A stretch of 64,000 nt of DNA, taken from positions 2,528,001 through 2,592,000 of the forward strand of contig OZ241863.1 in assembly GCA_965203055.1 (NCBI GenBank), in the 5' to 3' direction. Under the pieces are notes generated by a model. That model was given only the letters and a program-made list of their open reading frames with translations. It did not search any database and was not told the DNA's origin. The position numbers and the translations under genes were made by a program. The stretch is from Spirochaetia bacterium (GTDB lineage Bacteria > Spirochaetota > Spirochaetia > SZUA-6 > Bin103). The number at the start of each line of letters is the position of its first letter. The first letter of the stretch is position 1. Positions 29,555 to 41,637 of the stretch are shown piece by piece.

Positions 29555-30913
29555 TCACTGGTCTACCGGCGCCTGACGATCCTCGCCGGGGCGGCCGAAT
29601 CCGGCGCCGACGTGGCGGTAGCGGTGATGGGCGGCGCACAGCAGCCGGAGATTGTTCGGCTCGGCGGCGCCGCCGCAGGCATACGGCACGACGTGATCGA
29701 TCTGCAGCAGGTGTTGGGAGCCGCAGCGGCGCCCGCTGGTGCGGTCCACGTAGCGACAGCGGCCCCGGTCGCGCCGCCAGACCTCGCGCTTGACCGCCGC
29801 CGGGATGGCGCGGCCGGTCGCGCCGCCGGCCTTCGCTGCCGAAGTTTCGGTCCGCGCCGGCGGCGCGGGCTGCGCCGCGCCTGCCGTCGCAGCCTGCCGG
29901 CCGGGGCGCCGCGTCTTCGCCGCCGAAGTGGCGTCGCCCGCCGGCTTCGCTGCCGAAATATCCAGGCGGTCAGCGGCTTTGTCTCCCGGCTGCGCCGGCG
30001 CCTGAGCCGATACCTTCGCCGCCGAAGGAGCGGCGCTGTCCGCGCCGGCCTCCTGCTTCGCTGCCGGGGCAGCGCCGCGAGCCGAGGCCGCCTGCGTCTT
30101 CGCCGCCGAAGTCTGCTCGGCGCCGCGTGGCCGGCGCGGCGCGCCGCCCACGCGGCGGCCGGGCCGGATCGTGGCGGTCGAGCCCTTCCCGCACTAGCCG
30201 CGCCATGAGCTGCCCCAACGTCATATGCGGATCGACGTGGGACAGGAGGCCCTGGAGCCGCTCCAAGCCCCGCCGGCACTCATCGTCGATCACCGCTTTG
30301 AGCTCCCAGCGCCCGCCGCCCAGGGCCGCACCCGATCCGCCGGCGCCGCCAGCTCCGGGTCCACCTCGGCCAGCAACTGCATCACCTCCCGGCTGCTCTT
30401 GCCGGACGCCTGCTCCACCAGCTCCCGCCGCGCCTCCGGGTCCAGCACCGGCGCCGGCTTCCGCTCCGCCGGCCGCGGCGGCGCCGCGCCGTCCTGCGAC
30501 TGAGCGCCAGCCCCGAACCCGGCCCCGCCCGGCGCGCTACGCGCCGCCCGTTCCTTCTTGCGCTCCTGCCGGTCGAAGGCGTTCTGCAACTGCGCGGCCG
30601 TGTTCAGCGTCATCGTGCCATTCTGCAGGCGCTCCCGCACGCCCTCGACCTCCGCGCAGAGCCGCATCGCCTTGATGCGCCGCCACGCTGCGGCGTCGCT
30701 GTAACCCAGCTCGCGCACCGCGTAATCGAACAGGCTCGAGAACCCGCGCCGCAGATACAGGCGCCGCTTCTGAATCTCGCGCAGGTGGTCGATGACGACC
30801 ACTTCGAGATGGTGTTCGATGCGGGAAAGTTCCTTGGTTCGCTCCAGCAAGCGGTCGTCTGAGAGGGCGGATACGGTAGTAGTGACGGCCCCGTCGGAAG
30901 CATGTTTGTTCAT
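29555..30913 (-). pseudogene. DUF222-like/HNH endonuclease split by two frameshifts
   Basis: Three consecutive frames: 30290-30913 (HLREIQKRRLY..GFSSLFDYAVRELGYS), 29970-30293 (LERLQGLLSH) and 29555-30151 (RAIPAAVKREVWRRDRGRC...C...IDHVVPYACGG...NLRLLCAAHH). Shifts near 30325 and 30120-30150. Confidence 0.8.
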
Positions 30914-30919
30914 GATATA

Positions 30920-30948
30920 AGTATAACCATAGAAACTACTTGAATCAA
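30920..30948 (-). promoter_or_regulatory. sigma70 promoter of the HNH gene (leaderless), with -35 overlapped by a palindrome
   Basis: TTGATT-N17-TATACT-N6-ATG; ACTTGA-A-TCAAGT at 30938-30950. Confidence 0.7.
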
Positions 30949-31094
30949 GTTATTCGGCCAGGAAGATGCCACCTGCGGGCGTGACTCGGCTGCACATTTC
31001 CAAGCGCCTGGACGTTCCGTCAGATGCTACTGCCGAAAGTGTCGCCGGCGTCGAGCGACAGGGTTTCTTCTTACGGCCACAGGCGGCCTCGTCG

Positions 31095-32281
31095 GAGATA
31101 TTGTCAAGTCTTGTGGATTGAGAATCAGCCGAGCGCATCTCCAATCGTTCTGTCGTCTCTCTAAGCCGCTGCCTCCGTCAGCTCGCCGTCTACGAATTCA
31201 CGCCCCTCCATCACCAGGGGTATGAGTTTGAAGCCCATCAGCCGGCGCCACCTCCGCTGCGCTTCCAGCGCCAGCTTCCAGACCATCGTCAGCGTCGCCG
31301 CCCGCGACCCGCAGCCCTTCGTCCGCTTCGTCCGTCTTCGCCCGCCCCTGCACCGACTGCGGCATCTTGTCCAGCACGTTGCCGGCCTTGTGGAACCAGC
31401 AGGTCTGTTCCTCCGTTCCCGGATACACCTCCCGCAGCGCCGCCCAGAACCCCAACGCCCCGTCCGCCGTCGCCAGCCGCGGCCCCTTCGTCAGCCCACG
31501 CCGCCGCAGGTCCAACAGCAGCTCACACCACGCCGTCTTGCTCTCCCGGTAGCCGTCGCTGACCGCCACCACTTCCTTGCGCCCCTGCTCGTCGGCTCCC
31601 ATGATCACCAGGATGCAACTGCGCTCCTCGTCCAGCCGCACGTTCACGTGCAGGCCGTCGGCCCAGAAGTACACGTACCTCTTGCCGCTCAGATCACGCT
31701 GCGTCCACTCCTGGTACTCCGCTTCCCACACCTTCTTCAGCCGCACCACGTTGGTCGCGCTCAGCCCTGCGGCCTGCTCTCCCAGGATCGCCGCCAGCGC
31801 CTGCGAGAAGTCCCCGCTCGATACCCCCTTCAGGTACAGCGTCGGTATCAGGCTGTCCACACTCGGCGTCCGTCTCGCGTAGCGCGGCAGGATCGCGCTG
31901 CTGAACCTCGACTCTCCCTGCTTGGCGAGCTGGCGGTCATCGACCCGCGGCTGCCGGATCGGGATCGGACCGATCCCGGTGACCAACGAGCGCTTCGGCA
32001 GATGGCCGTTGCGGACCGCCAGCCGGTGGCCGTGCTGATCCCGCTGGTCAGCGTACCGCGCCAGGAACTCGTCCACTTCCGCCTCCAGCGCCGCAGCCAG
32101 CATCTGCCGCGCTCCGGCGCGTACGATCTCATCCAGAATGGCACCAGGACCTTGAGGACCTTGAGCCTCGGTGGTCCTGCCGGTATTGTTCTCCACGAGC
32201 GTACTCCTCCTGATTCGTGGTTGAATCGTTCTTGGGAGGATGCGCTCTTTTCATCCCGTCCACAACTTCCGGTTATATCTC
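31095..32281 (-). mobile_element. IS256-family element, internally deleted
   Basis: Imperfect 24-bp terminal inverted repeats GAGATATtgtcaagtcTTGTGGAt (31095-31118) and GAGATATaaccggaagTTGTGGAc (reverse complement of 32258-32281). No target duplication seen. Confidence 0.85.
31161..32196 (-). pseudogene. IS256 transposase with an internal deletion and frameshift
   Basis: VRNGHLP, LYLKGVSSGDF, YFWADG, ADGALGFW and QTCWFHK are present. After ..VQGRAK (about 31335) it jumps to another frame with the normal C-terminus RTKRTKGCGSRAATLTMVWKL...EAAA*. Confidence 0.85.
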
Positions 32282-32684
32282 ACGGCTGTGCGCCAGCGAG
32301 CAGACCATCGCCCGGCTGAAGCGCGGTGTGGAAGGTGTTCCGGCTGGCGACCCAGGCGTCGCGCACGCGCCCGTGGCCGCGGGCCGGCTAGGCTAAGCAG
32401 GTAGCGCGCCGCCGCCGTTCTCCTTTCGTCCCGCCAAGCTCGTTCGCCAGCCCTCCTACGCCACCACGACGTCACCACTTTGCCCGGTTCCGGCCTGACT
32501 GCGTCCCCAACCGTCTCTGAACGGCCAGCTGCGGGCATCTGAGCAGCATTCTGTCGCCTGCCGGCCAGCTTGCAGGTCTCCTCCCAGACGCTGTGACCTT
32601 CCCGGGCCGCCCGCCGACCGCGTCCCGGCCCCGTCGCCGGCGGATTCAAGTCGCTAGGCGCGGATTTGAGCCCCTCCTTGTGCA

Positions 32685-32713
32685 TCGACAGACGCCGGTC
32701 AAAGTCGTATATT
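32685..32713 (+). promoter_or_regulatory. Putative sigma70 promoter of tRNA-Met
   Basis: TCGACA-N17-TATATT, about 45 nt upstream of the tRNA. Confidence 0.55.
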
Positions 32714-32759
32714 AGTGGGGTCCACACGCGCGTTCCTACTGCAGGGAGCGCGGTGGCGC

Positions 32760-32833
32760 GGCGGTGTAGCTCAGTAGGTCAGAGCAAGCGGCTCATATCC
32801 GCTGTGTCAGGGGTTCAAATCCCTTCACCGCTA
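32760..32833 (+). tRNA. tRNA-Met(CAT), elongator type
   Basis: Acceptor GGCGGTG/CACCGCT, D arm TAGCTCAG..AGAGC, anticodon arm AGCGG-CTCATAT-CCGCT, T loop GGTTCAAATCC. CCA not encoded. Ile2(CAT) is not formally excluded. Confidence 0.9.
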
Positions 32834-32942
32834 ACGCCCTCTGCTCTCTACCGAGCGGCAGAGACCCCGGAGCCCCTTGGGAACCGGTATAGGTCAGTTC
32901 GGGTCCCCGCTCAATGGACTCGCGATTCGGAGGAGCGCTGGA

Positions 32943-35900
32943 TTGAACCCCTACGCCACCTGGCTCGACGCATTCCTGGAGAGTCGCGGATTACAGCTTC
33001 CGGATGGACGCCCGCTGTACTCCTATAGGTGCACCGCACGCGAGTTCGGCTCCCTGGCCAGGACGCTTGAAGCATACCGGCATCGCGGGACGGCCATCCG
33101 GGCATTCGTAATTTACGCGGCGGAGTGGTGGCAGCGCCATTACAACGGCGGCCCTTGGGCATGGCAGCCGCTGTTGGAGTCCGTGGGCTGGCACGGGGTC
33201 CACTATCCCGACCTCTACATGCCGGTCCGCGAAGCGTTGCACTGGTGGCACGTCGATCTCGTACGTCTGCCGACACAGATTCGCTACCTCGGCACGTTCG
33301 CCTGCCAGGGCGGCCTGCCGTTGGCGCTCGTCGGTGATGCCGACAGCAGAGTGACGCAATACCTGCGCGCCGTGCTCAGGGACACCGCCGCGTACCGGCA
33401 GTTCGTCGACGACGCCATCGTTCTGGCGCGCGATCAGCAGCACCTGCTGCGCCCGCCGACCCTGCGCCGCGACTACGTGTTCCGCCTGGCCGCCGACCTG
33501 ATTGAGGCGGTGCTCTATCTTCAGAACGACGCGCAGGGCGAAGACCCACTCGAAGCGCTTGACGAAGTGCGCCCCCGATGGCGAGACACCATGCCGCTCG
33601 ATCTGAGCGACGCAAGGGCGAGGGATCTCCTTACTGGGCTCCTTCGCGAGGCAGCGCAACACAGGGCGGCACCGGTTGATGTCTTCCGAGTGGACCGGTT
33701 TCTTCGCCATACCGGCAACGGATGGCGGCTTGGCGCTCGGGTACGGCTGCCGGCTTCGATCACGGCGGAGAACCTTGCCCTTCATCTCCAGGTCCCAGTA
33801 AGGGACTTGCCGTCCAGGCTTCAAGTTCGGATGCCCGGGGACCGTGTGCGCGTGTTCGGTATGTACGCGGAGAGAGCGGAGGACTATCTTCTGATGTCCC
33901 GTGACACGCAATCCGTCGCCGAGGTCTGGGACACTGACGCGACCGGGGAGATTCGTCTTCAGTTCATGGCCGGGGACGTTATCGGCAAAGATGTTGTCCC
34001 CGCCCGAGGCGACGCCTTGGGCGACCTTCCCTGGATCTTCCGGGGAGACGACCATGAAGCTCCCTTTATCAGCGAAGGTACCGCAAACAATCGCGCACCG
34101 GCGATCTTCATTTTGCTATCCGAGGAAGACGCGGAGAACAATGAGCCTACCCACCCGACGACCGAGGACATTATGGTTCTGGACAGGAACCTTCGGAAGA
34201 TCACCGAACAAACCGCAATCGAAACAAGAGCCGGTCGATGCATCATAAGGCCATCCGCGGGACAAGGAGCCGAGGAGGACTACCATCTGTCAGGTCAGCG
34301 TCTCAACAACCTGGAGTCTGATCTACCGTTGTTTCGCGGCGTGCCGCAACTTCGCATCAGCACGCTTGAGACCTCCCGCGCCGTACCCACCCGTGAAGTG
34401 AGCTGGCGGCGACGAGGTCTGGACTGGCGGGAGCGCCCCACAGGCTTCGGATTGTGGCAGGTGAGGCATGTGCATCGCGGTGAACTTCGACATTGCTCCC
34501 GCCTCGGCATCCTTCCCGAAGAATTCCATCCGCGGCTTGTACCGGGCGATGACATGACCGAAGGCAACTTGGAGTTGATCGGTAGTGAAGGAGTGATGGC
34601 GACGAGTCATGCCGATGAGACCGAGTTTACGACTCGATCTGTAGGAGACACACTACGGATCCACTGCAGAGCTTGTGACGCGACGGCCATCCCCGCACGA
34701 ATCGCGTTGCGCTTACATTGGCAGGATGCCGATGAGTTGTCTGTATCCGCGCCATTTCCTGGTCATGGAGCACGCTTCCTGCGCGACGGCAAGTCCGTGG
34801 ATGGTGCGCTCGCTGTCGATGATCTCTATGGAGTACGAGCGACCGCGATATCGGCTACCCGGGCCGGCCGGTTCTTTGTCGAGGGCGAACTCTGCGCGCC
34901 AGATCTTCGCGATGTACGCGGCATCGCACACTTACGTGTCTCACTGGGTACATCTGGTTTGACACACGAGCTCTCGCTTATCCACCTGCGCTCTACTATC
35001 GAGCTCCTACTCGGCGCATCGATCTATGACTACTCGTTTGTGCGCCTGCGCATTGTCGGAGTCGACCAGCAAGTATACGGTACCCTTGAGGTACGTCGAT
35101 TCGCAGGAGCCATGATATACAACAACGCCAATCGGACGTTTGTCCTCATAAATCATACGGTGGACTACGAGCCACCGACCACGTATGAGGCGCTACCGAT
35201 AGATCGGCCTGATGCTGACCCCGTTCCTTTGCAACTCGTGGAAGACCATCAGGGCTTAAGCGGCGCTGTGTTTCCGCAAGCCATGAGCATCGGTAATCCC
35301 TTGTTGGTGGTAGCACGCCATGCCGACCGCGTACGTGTCAGACCCTTGGCAATTTATCCCAGGGACGCCGACTTCGTAGATGGCGGGGATGGAATTGGCT
35401 TGCGCAGAGCCGTCTGCGTTCGCAGACGCAATTCGCGGTTGCAGGCCATAGCCGCGGCGATGGACTCCATGTTGACTGCAGAGGACACAAACCGAAGCGC
35501 AGACGACTGGTCGTTCCTGACCGACGTCCTGCTCGGTGCCGAGGGTCTTCCGGCGACCGCCTTCGACCTTCTCAAGGTTTTGGGCACAAAGCCGAACGTT
35601 CTGGTCCGGTGCATGTTTCGACTCGAAAGCACGCCTCGACAGTTGCTCTGGCGACTCGACGATGAACTACCGTTCAGTTGGCTGATGATTCGCCGAGATG
35701 TCTGGCTGACGGAAGCCCGCCACGCCTTCGACCATTTGCGCGACCAACTTGACGGTGTACCGAGTGGCATTCAAATCGCTCGGAGCCATATAGTGTCCAT
35801 TCTCAAGGAGGGTGCCGATCGGTTCGGCGGGCTATGCACCGTTTCCTGTGACGTCGGTTTCCAATTGCGCGGACACGAGCGTCTGCCAGCGGACATCGTC

Positions 35901-36253
35901 GATGATGCGAGAAGGAAACGAGACCAGAAAACGCAGGAGCAACTCAGCTATCGATACGCCATGAACGACTGGCCGAGGGGTGATGGGCGTCGCGAATGGG
36001 CGCAGACGCTTGAGCAGGCGCACGGCTCGATAGCATTGGCGTCTGGCAACGAGAAGGCAGAAGACCTCGAGAACGCCAGCCCATCTTCGACACGCCGATT
36101 GCGGCGGCATGGTGTTGCTTCGCATCTAGGCCGACCGACCGGACCGCCTTCATGGTCAAACGCATCCGTGCACATGACCCAGAGTGGTTTGACGTGGCGT
36201 ATGAGGCCGCTTGGTTTCAACTCGCACTCATGCAGGATGAGGGACGGATATAG
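32943..36253 (+). pseudogene. druH: STY4851/ECs_5259-family protein (Druantia type III DruH-like), frameshifted near the 3' end
   Basis: N-terminus WLDAFLESRGL..PDGRPLYSYRC..EF, YAAEWW..Y.GGPW.W, YLGTFACQGGLP; GGAGGA RBS before TTG 32943. The conserved-looking tail ..KRIRAHDPEWFDVAY..* lies in another frame (shift at about 36013-36040, stop 36253). Confidence 0.7.
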
Positions 36254-36255
36254 GA

Positions 36256-39200
36256 ATGAGCGGAAGCGTTAGCATCTCGAACCTCATCCGGGATCTCGCC
36301 ACACGCTCGGGTCGCGCCATCATTTCGCAGCTTGGCCTGCGTTCTCCCACGCTCCGCGGGTATCTCGAGAGCTTGTACGAACAGAATCCCGGTGAGCCCG
36401 GCGCGCTGCTTGCGGACCCCGTGATAGAAGCCGTTTTCGGCTGGCGGCAGGCGGAGACCAACATGGTCGGGCTTGCCAGGAGAGGTTTCCTTCGCAGCGA
36501 TGTGGTGTCGGTGTTGGAAAAGCCACCGCGAGAGTACGGCGAATACGCATTCCCCGGTACTCGGAAGCCGTTTCGGCATCAGCTCAACTGCTGGAAGCTC
36601 CTACTTGACGACATATCGCGGTCGGTTTTGGTTGCAGCCGGTACGGGCTCTGGGAAGACCGAGTGCTTCCTGGTACCGATCCTCGAAGACTTGGCCCGTG
36701 AACGCGCTTCCGCGGGCGCCTTGACGGGAGTACGGGCGCTGTTTCTGTACCCGTTGAATGCGCTCATCAACAGTCAACGCGACCGACTCCGCGCTTGGTG
36801 CAACGGTTTCGGGAACGACATCAGTTTCTGCCTCTACAACGGCGAACTTCCGGAGACAGCACCGGCACACGAGCAGAGGCGCGCTGGGGCAGAGCAGATC
36901 TCGAGGCGGGCGCTGCGCCATGCATCCGCGCCCGTGCTAGTTACCAACTCTACTATGCTGGAGTATATGCTCGTTCGTTCCGAGGACCGGTCGATAATTG
37001 ATCAGTCGCGTGGCAAGCTGCGTTGGATCGTGCTTGACGAAGCCCATACCTATATCGGCTCGCAAGCCGCCGAGATGGCGCTATTGCTACGACGGGTCCT
37101 GCATCACTTCGGCGCGAATTCGGCCGACGTACGTTTCGTTGCCACGTCGGCGACGATTGGCGACGCGCAAAACAAGGACGACTTGCGGCGTTTCCTGGCC
37201 GATGTATCCGGCGCGCCGACGGATCGTGTTCATGTTGTCACCGACGAGCGATTGGTGCCGCGGCTGCCGCCACTCAATCCGATTCAGACTGGCACGAATC
37301 TCGACGGCCTGCAGGCCGATGCACTGTTCCCGGCTCTCTGCCACCACCCGGCCGCAAGATCGATCCGCGCCCGAGTTGCGACCGAACCCGCCACACTCAA
37401 GAGCCTCCGCCAGGAGACGGGGCTCGATTTCACAGCGGTGACCGCCCTTCTCGAAAAAGCATCGACGGCTCGGTATCAAGACGAGGTATTTTTGCCCTTA
37501 CGCATCCACCTCTTCCATCGATCTCAGCACGGCTTGTGGGCGTGCGTCAATGCATCCTGCACCGGCCGAGACGAGCGGAGCCCCGTCGACGGTAACTGGG
37601 GCTTTGGCGCGATATATCCCCAGCGGCTCACGCAATGTAAGTCCTGTGGCTATCCCGTATTTGAGCTTGTGACGTGCGGAGATTGCGGGCAGGAGTACCT
37701 GTCTGCTAAAGAAACGTTTTCCGGCGACACCGGCGAGCAGCAGCTACATCCGTACATCGAAGAGACCGAGATCGACGAGTTCCAGCTCGAAGTCGACGTC
37801 GATGATGATGATGATGATGGCGACGTACCGCCAACTGAATCTTCCTTCCGCAGGATGATCTGCAGCCAAGCCCTGGATGCAGAGCACATCGAAGACTGGA
37901 AGATCGATCGGGAACAGACCATTCGCAAGACCGGCGACGGAGTGCCGATCCGCCTTTCTCCGCTCGGCACCCAAGCCACGACCTGTATGCGTTGCGGCGC
38001 CAGGGACAGTCGACGCCGGCTACTCAGGGAGTTGCGCACCGGGGCTCCGTTCGCCCTTTCGACTATCGTGCCGACGGCGCTGGAGCACACGCCACCAATG
38101 AATTCGCGAACGGACCTGCCGAGCCAGGGTCGGCGACTGCTCGGCTTTAGCGACTCGCGACAGGGCTCTGCGCGCTTGGCGGTGAGACTACAGCAGGAAG
38201 CGGAGCGCAACCGGGTTCGCAGTGTCCTTTATCACGCATTGGCTGCTGAACGGAGGGTCACGGATACAAGTGCACTAGAAAGCGAAATAGCAATCCTTCG
38301 AGAGCTTGATAATCCCGCAGTGCGTCCTATCCTGGAACGGAGCGAAGCGAAATTGGCTCAAGATCGCGCAGCGAGCCGACTTGGCTCCCTCACTTGGCAT
38401 GAGGCTGCCAAGCGCCTTGCCGCCGATGCTGAGATGACTCGCATGCACCGGTACTTCAGCGACACTACCTATATCGCCGGTTCTCCGCTTGAATTCGCCG
38501 AATTCTGCCTCTATCGTGAATTATTTCGACGGCCGAAACGCACGAATTCTGCCGAAACTATGGGACTCTTATCCCTTCAATACCCAGCTCTTGACAATAC
38601 ACGACCACTCGCCGGATGGCCACTCGCTCTGGAAGACTGGTCGATATTTCTGAAGCTCATTGTAGACTTCTTCGTGCGGGACGTCAGCGCGGTCAACGTC
38701 GACGACAAGTACTTGCGATGGATGGGTATACCTATACGGAAACGATACGTACAGGGGCCGGGCTACGACGGAGCGCTAACGAGACAGCAGCAACGCTGGC
38801 CGTTAGTTCGATCCGGCAGTAGAGTATCGCGCCTTCCCAACCTGCTTCGAAACGCGGCCGATCTGGGACCATCTTCACACACCGACGATCTGATCAACGA
38901 GTCGTTCCGATATGCCTGGGACGTAATGCTCCCGTTCCTTCTTCCGGTCGGAGACGGGTACCTGTTCAAACTGGATGAAGTCGCCGTCTTGAACGAGATC
39001 GAGACCGGCTATGTCTGTCCCTATACTATGCGGGTATTGGACCGGACGCTGCGCGGGATTTCGCCATACGCTCCGGTGGGTGTGAAGCGTTGCCGGCAGT
39101 TCAATCTGCCACGAGTTCCGTTAGCGTACTGGCGTAACGCGGCGGGCCAACAGGTAGACCGTGAAGAAATTGCCAGATGGCTGCAAAGCGATCCGCACGT

Positions 39201-41171
39201 CCAGAACGCGCGCGAGCTAGGCGTCTGGTCAAACCTCAGCGACCGAGTCGCCGGCTATGCCCCCTACTTCGAGACCGCCGAACATTCGGCGCAACTCGAC
39301 GGAATCCGTCTGCGCGACCTGGAGCGGCGATTCAAGGCCGGCGAGTTGAACGTGCTCAGTTGTTCGACAACAATGGAAATGGGCGTCGACATCGGCGGTC
39401 TCTCAGCCGTGATCATGAACAACACGCCGCCGAGTTCAGCCAACTATCGGCAGCGCGCCGGTCGTGCCGGCCGCCGAGGAGAAGGCATATCATTTGCGGT
39501 CACACTCTGCCCGAGTCGCCGCACGGCGAACAGGTGTTCGGCGACCCGTTGTGGGCCTTTACCTCAAAGACGAGCGTTGCCCGCGTGGCACTCGACAGCG
39601 GCCGCTTGGTGCAGAGGCATGTCAACTCGCTGTGTCTCGGTGCATTCCTCGAGGACCGGGACGCTCGGCGACTCAAGGCCGGCTGGTTTTTCCACGAGGA
39701 TGACCGGTACGGGACTGCTCCAGGCAGGCAGTTTATCGAATGGTGCTACAGCGAGCCTGACCGCGACGCTCCGCTTTTGAAGGGACTGCGGCGGCTGGTC
39801 AAGCGTACCGCGCTGGCGTCTTTGGAAGTTACCCAGCTGTTGAGCGCCACAGCAGATGCCATGGCCCTAGCAATGAGTGCGTGGCGCCGCGAAGCTGATG
39901 CGCTACGCCAGGACGCGAGCCACCTCATGGATGGCGCGCCGCGCGGGCCGGCCGTGCGTGCCACCGAGCGGCAGCTTCGGCGCCTGGAGGACGAATATCT
40001 CCTTCGAGAATTGGCCAATCGTCAGTTTCTGCCGAGTTATGGGTTCCCGATCGGCATCGTAGGATTCGTTCCACTCACGGTAGAAGAGCTGAAGCGAAAG
40101 CGGTCAGATCGAGAAGACCGGGACGAAGCATTTGGCAGGCGGTTGGGATACCCCTCTCGTCAGATGGAAATGGCCATTCGTGAGTATGCACCGGGCGCTG
40201 AAGTGGTCATGGACGGCCGTGTCTACCAGTCGGGCGGCGTCACGCTCAACTGGCACTTCCCGCCGGGAACAGAAAGCGTCAACGAGGTGCAGGCGCTGCG
40301 CTACGTCTGGCGCTGCCGCGGATGTGGCGCCACTGACGACGCCAATTCGCCGGCCGATCGATGCTCGCAGTGTAACAGCGCCGTAGAAACGAGAAAGTAC
40401 CTTGAGCCGGCCGGATTTGCCGTCGACATCCGCGATTCGCCGCACAACAACGTCGTCTCTCCAATGTATGTACCGGTAGAGCCACCCTGGATCAGCTGCT
40501 CGACTCCTGAGTGGGCTCCCCTGGCCGATCCAACAGTCGGTCGCTTCCGGTATACCGACTCCGGCCATCTCTTTCATGGCAGCGGAGGCACTGGCGGCAA
40601 TGGGTATGCGGTCTGCCTGCGCTGCGGACGCGCCGCGTCAGAAGTTGGTCGAATCGCGGAAACGGCGCTGCCGGATACATTTCGGAACGGCCACTCGCGG
40701 CTTCGCGGCGGTAAAAACCCGGACGGAAGCGGTCAGTGCGACGGCGTGGGATTCGCCATCCAGCGCGGACTGTGGTTAGGCGGGAGCCGCAAAACGGATG
40801 TCTTCGAACTGCAGCTTGACGGGCTGAATGACACCGCTACGGCGTTGTCGCTCGGCATAGCGTTACGGCGCGCGTTCTGCAGCCAGCTTGGCATCGAGGA
40901 GGAAGAAGTTGGTGTCACGCAGCGCCAGAGCAAGTCTGCGGGCGGCACGATTCAGATATCCATCTTTCTTTACGATGCAGCGGCCGGAGGCAATGGCTAC
41001 GTGGCTGCGTTGCGGGATTACATTGCCTCGGCGCTGAAAATGTCGGTCGACATCCTCGACTGCCCCAAGGACTGCGACGCCGCGTGCCACGGTTGCCTGC
41101 TCACCTACGATACCCAGCACCGTGCGGCGGACCTAAACCGACACAAGGCTCACGCGTTTCTCACTAGGTAA
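36256..41171 (+). pseudogene. druE: Large DEAH helicase with DUF1998 (Druantia DruE-like), frameshifted and apparently C-terminally truncated
   Basis: AGTGSGKTE, LYPLNAL, TNSTMLEY, DEAH, SAT, Zn fingers, GFSDSRQ, EHSAQL, STTMEMGVD, QRAGRAGRR. Frameshift at about 39515, then LPSYGFP, AIREYAPG and LYDAAAGGNGY..CPKDCDAACHGCL (DUF1998). Confidence 0.8.
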
Positions 41172-41250
41172 GGCATCACCAGTCTTCAACTGCGGGACTT
41201 CGACGCGGTTGCTGCTTGGGCCCGCGCCGAACCTGCTCGCTTTCCACACA

Positions 41251-41622
41251 TCACGCGATCGTCAAGCCGTAGTCCACGAACCGGAGAAAGTGTTGGGTAT
41301 TCGCAGTCGCCACAGCAGCACCGTCGGTTAGCGCCGCAGCAGCAATCATGCAGTCGATCATTGATCCTCTCCGCCGGCCCGACTGATTGAACAGAACGGC
41401 GGCCATAGCAGCGTGGTCAGCGGTAAACTCCTGGCACGTCCCAACGACCGCAGTTGCCACTTCCAGGTCGGACCGGCTGATCGGACCGCAGAGGAACTCC
41501 GTCCATGCCACCGAACTCATGGCAAGGAACTTACGCTCCCGAATCCAGCGTTGCAGCTTACGCTTTTCCTGCGACTCCGGCCGCAACGCTCGAATCAGAA
41601 AGCTTGTGTCCAGATGGATCAT
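41251..41622 (-). CDS. vapC: PIN-domain toxin (VapC family)
   Basis: MIHLDTSFLI, WTEFLCG, IDCMIAAAA, TANTQHF. Confidence 0.88.
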   Translation of the reverse strand: MIHLDTSFLIRALRPESQEKRKLQRWIRERKFLAMSSVAWTEFLCGPISRSDLEVATAVVGTCQEFTADHAAMAAVLFNQSGRRRGSMIDCMIAAAALTDGAAVATANTQHFLRFVDYGLTIA

Positions 41623-41637
41623 TCCCACATAGTCAGT

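Noticed and set aside
28412..30112. CRISPR array
   Set aside because: The repeats here are 6, 12 or 14-15 bp, tandem or in-frame within genes, with irregular spacing. There are no cas genes in the window.
32282..32700. ORF 32251-32727 (-) and other frames between IS256 and the tRNA
   Set aside because: No recognisable motif, and the ORF overlaps the IS end and the tRNA promoter. Probably non-coding or a remnant.
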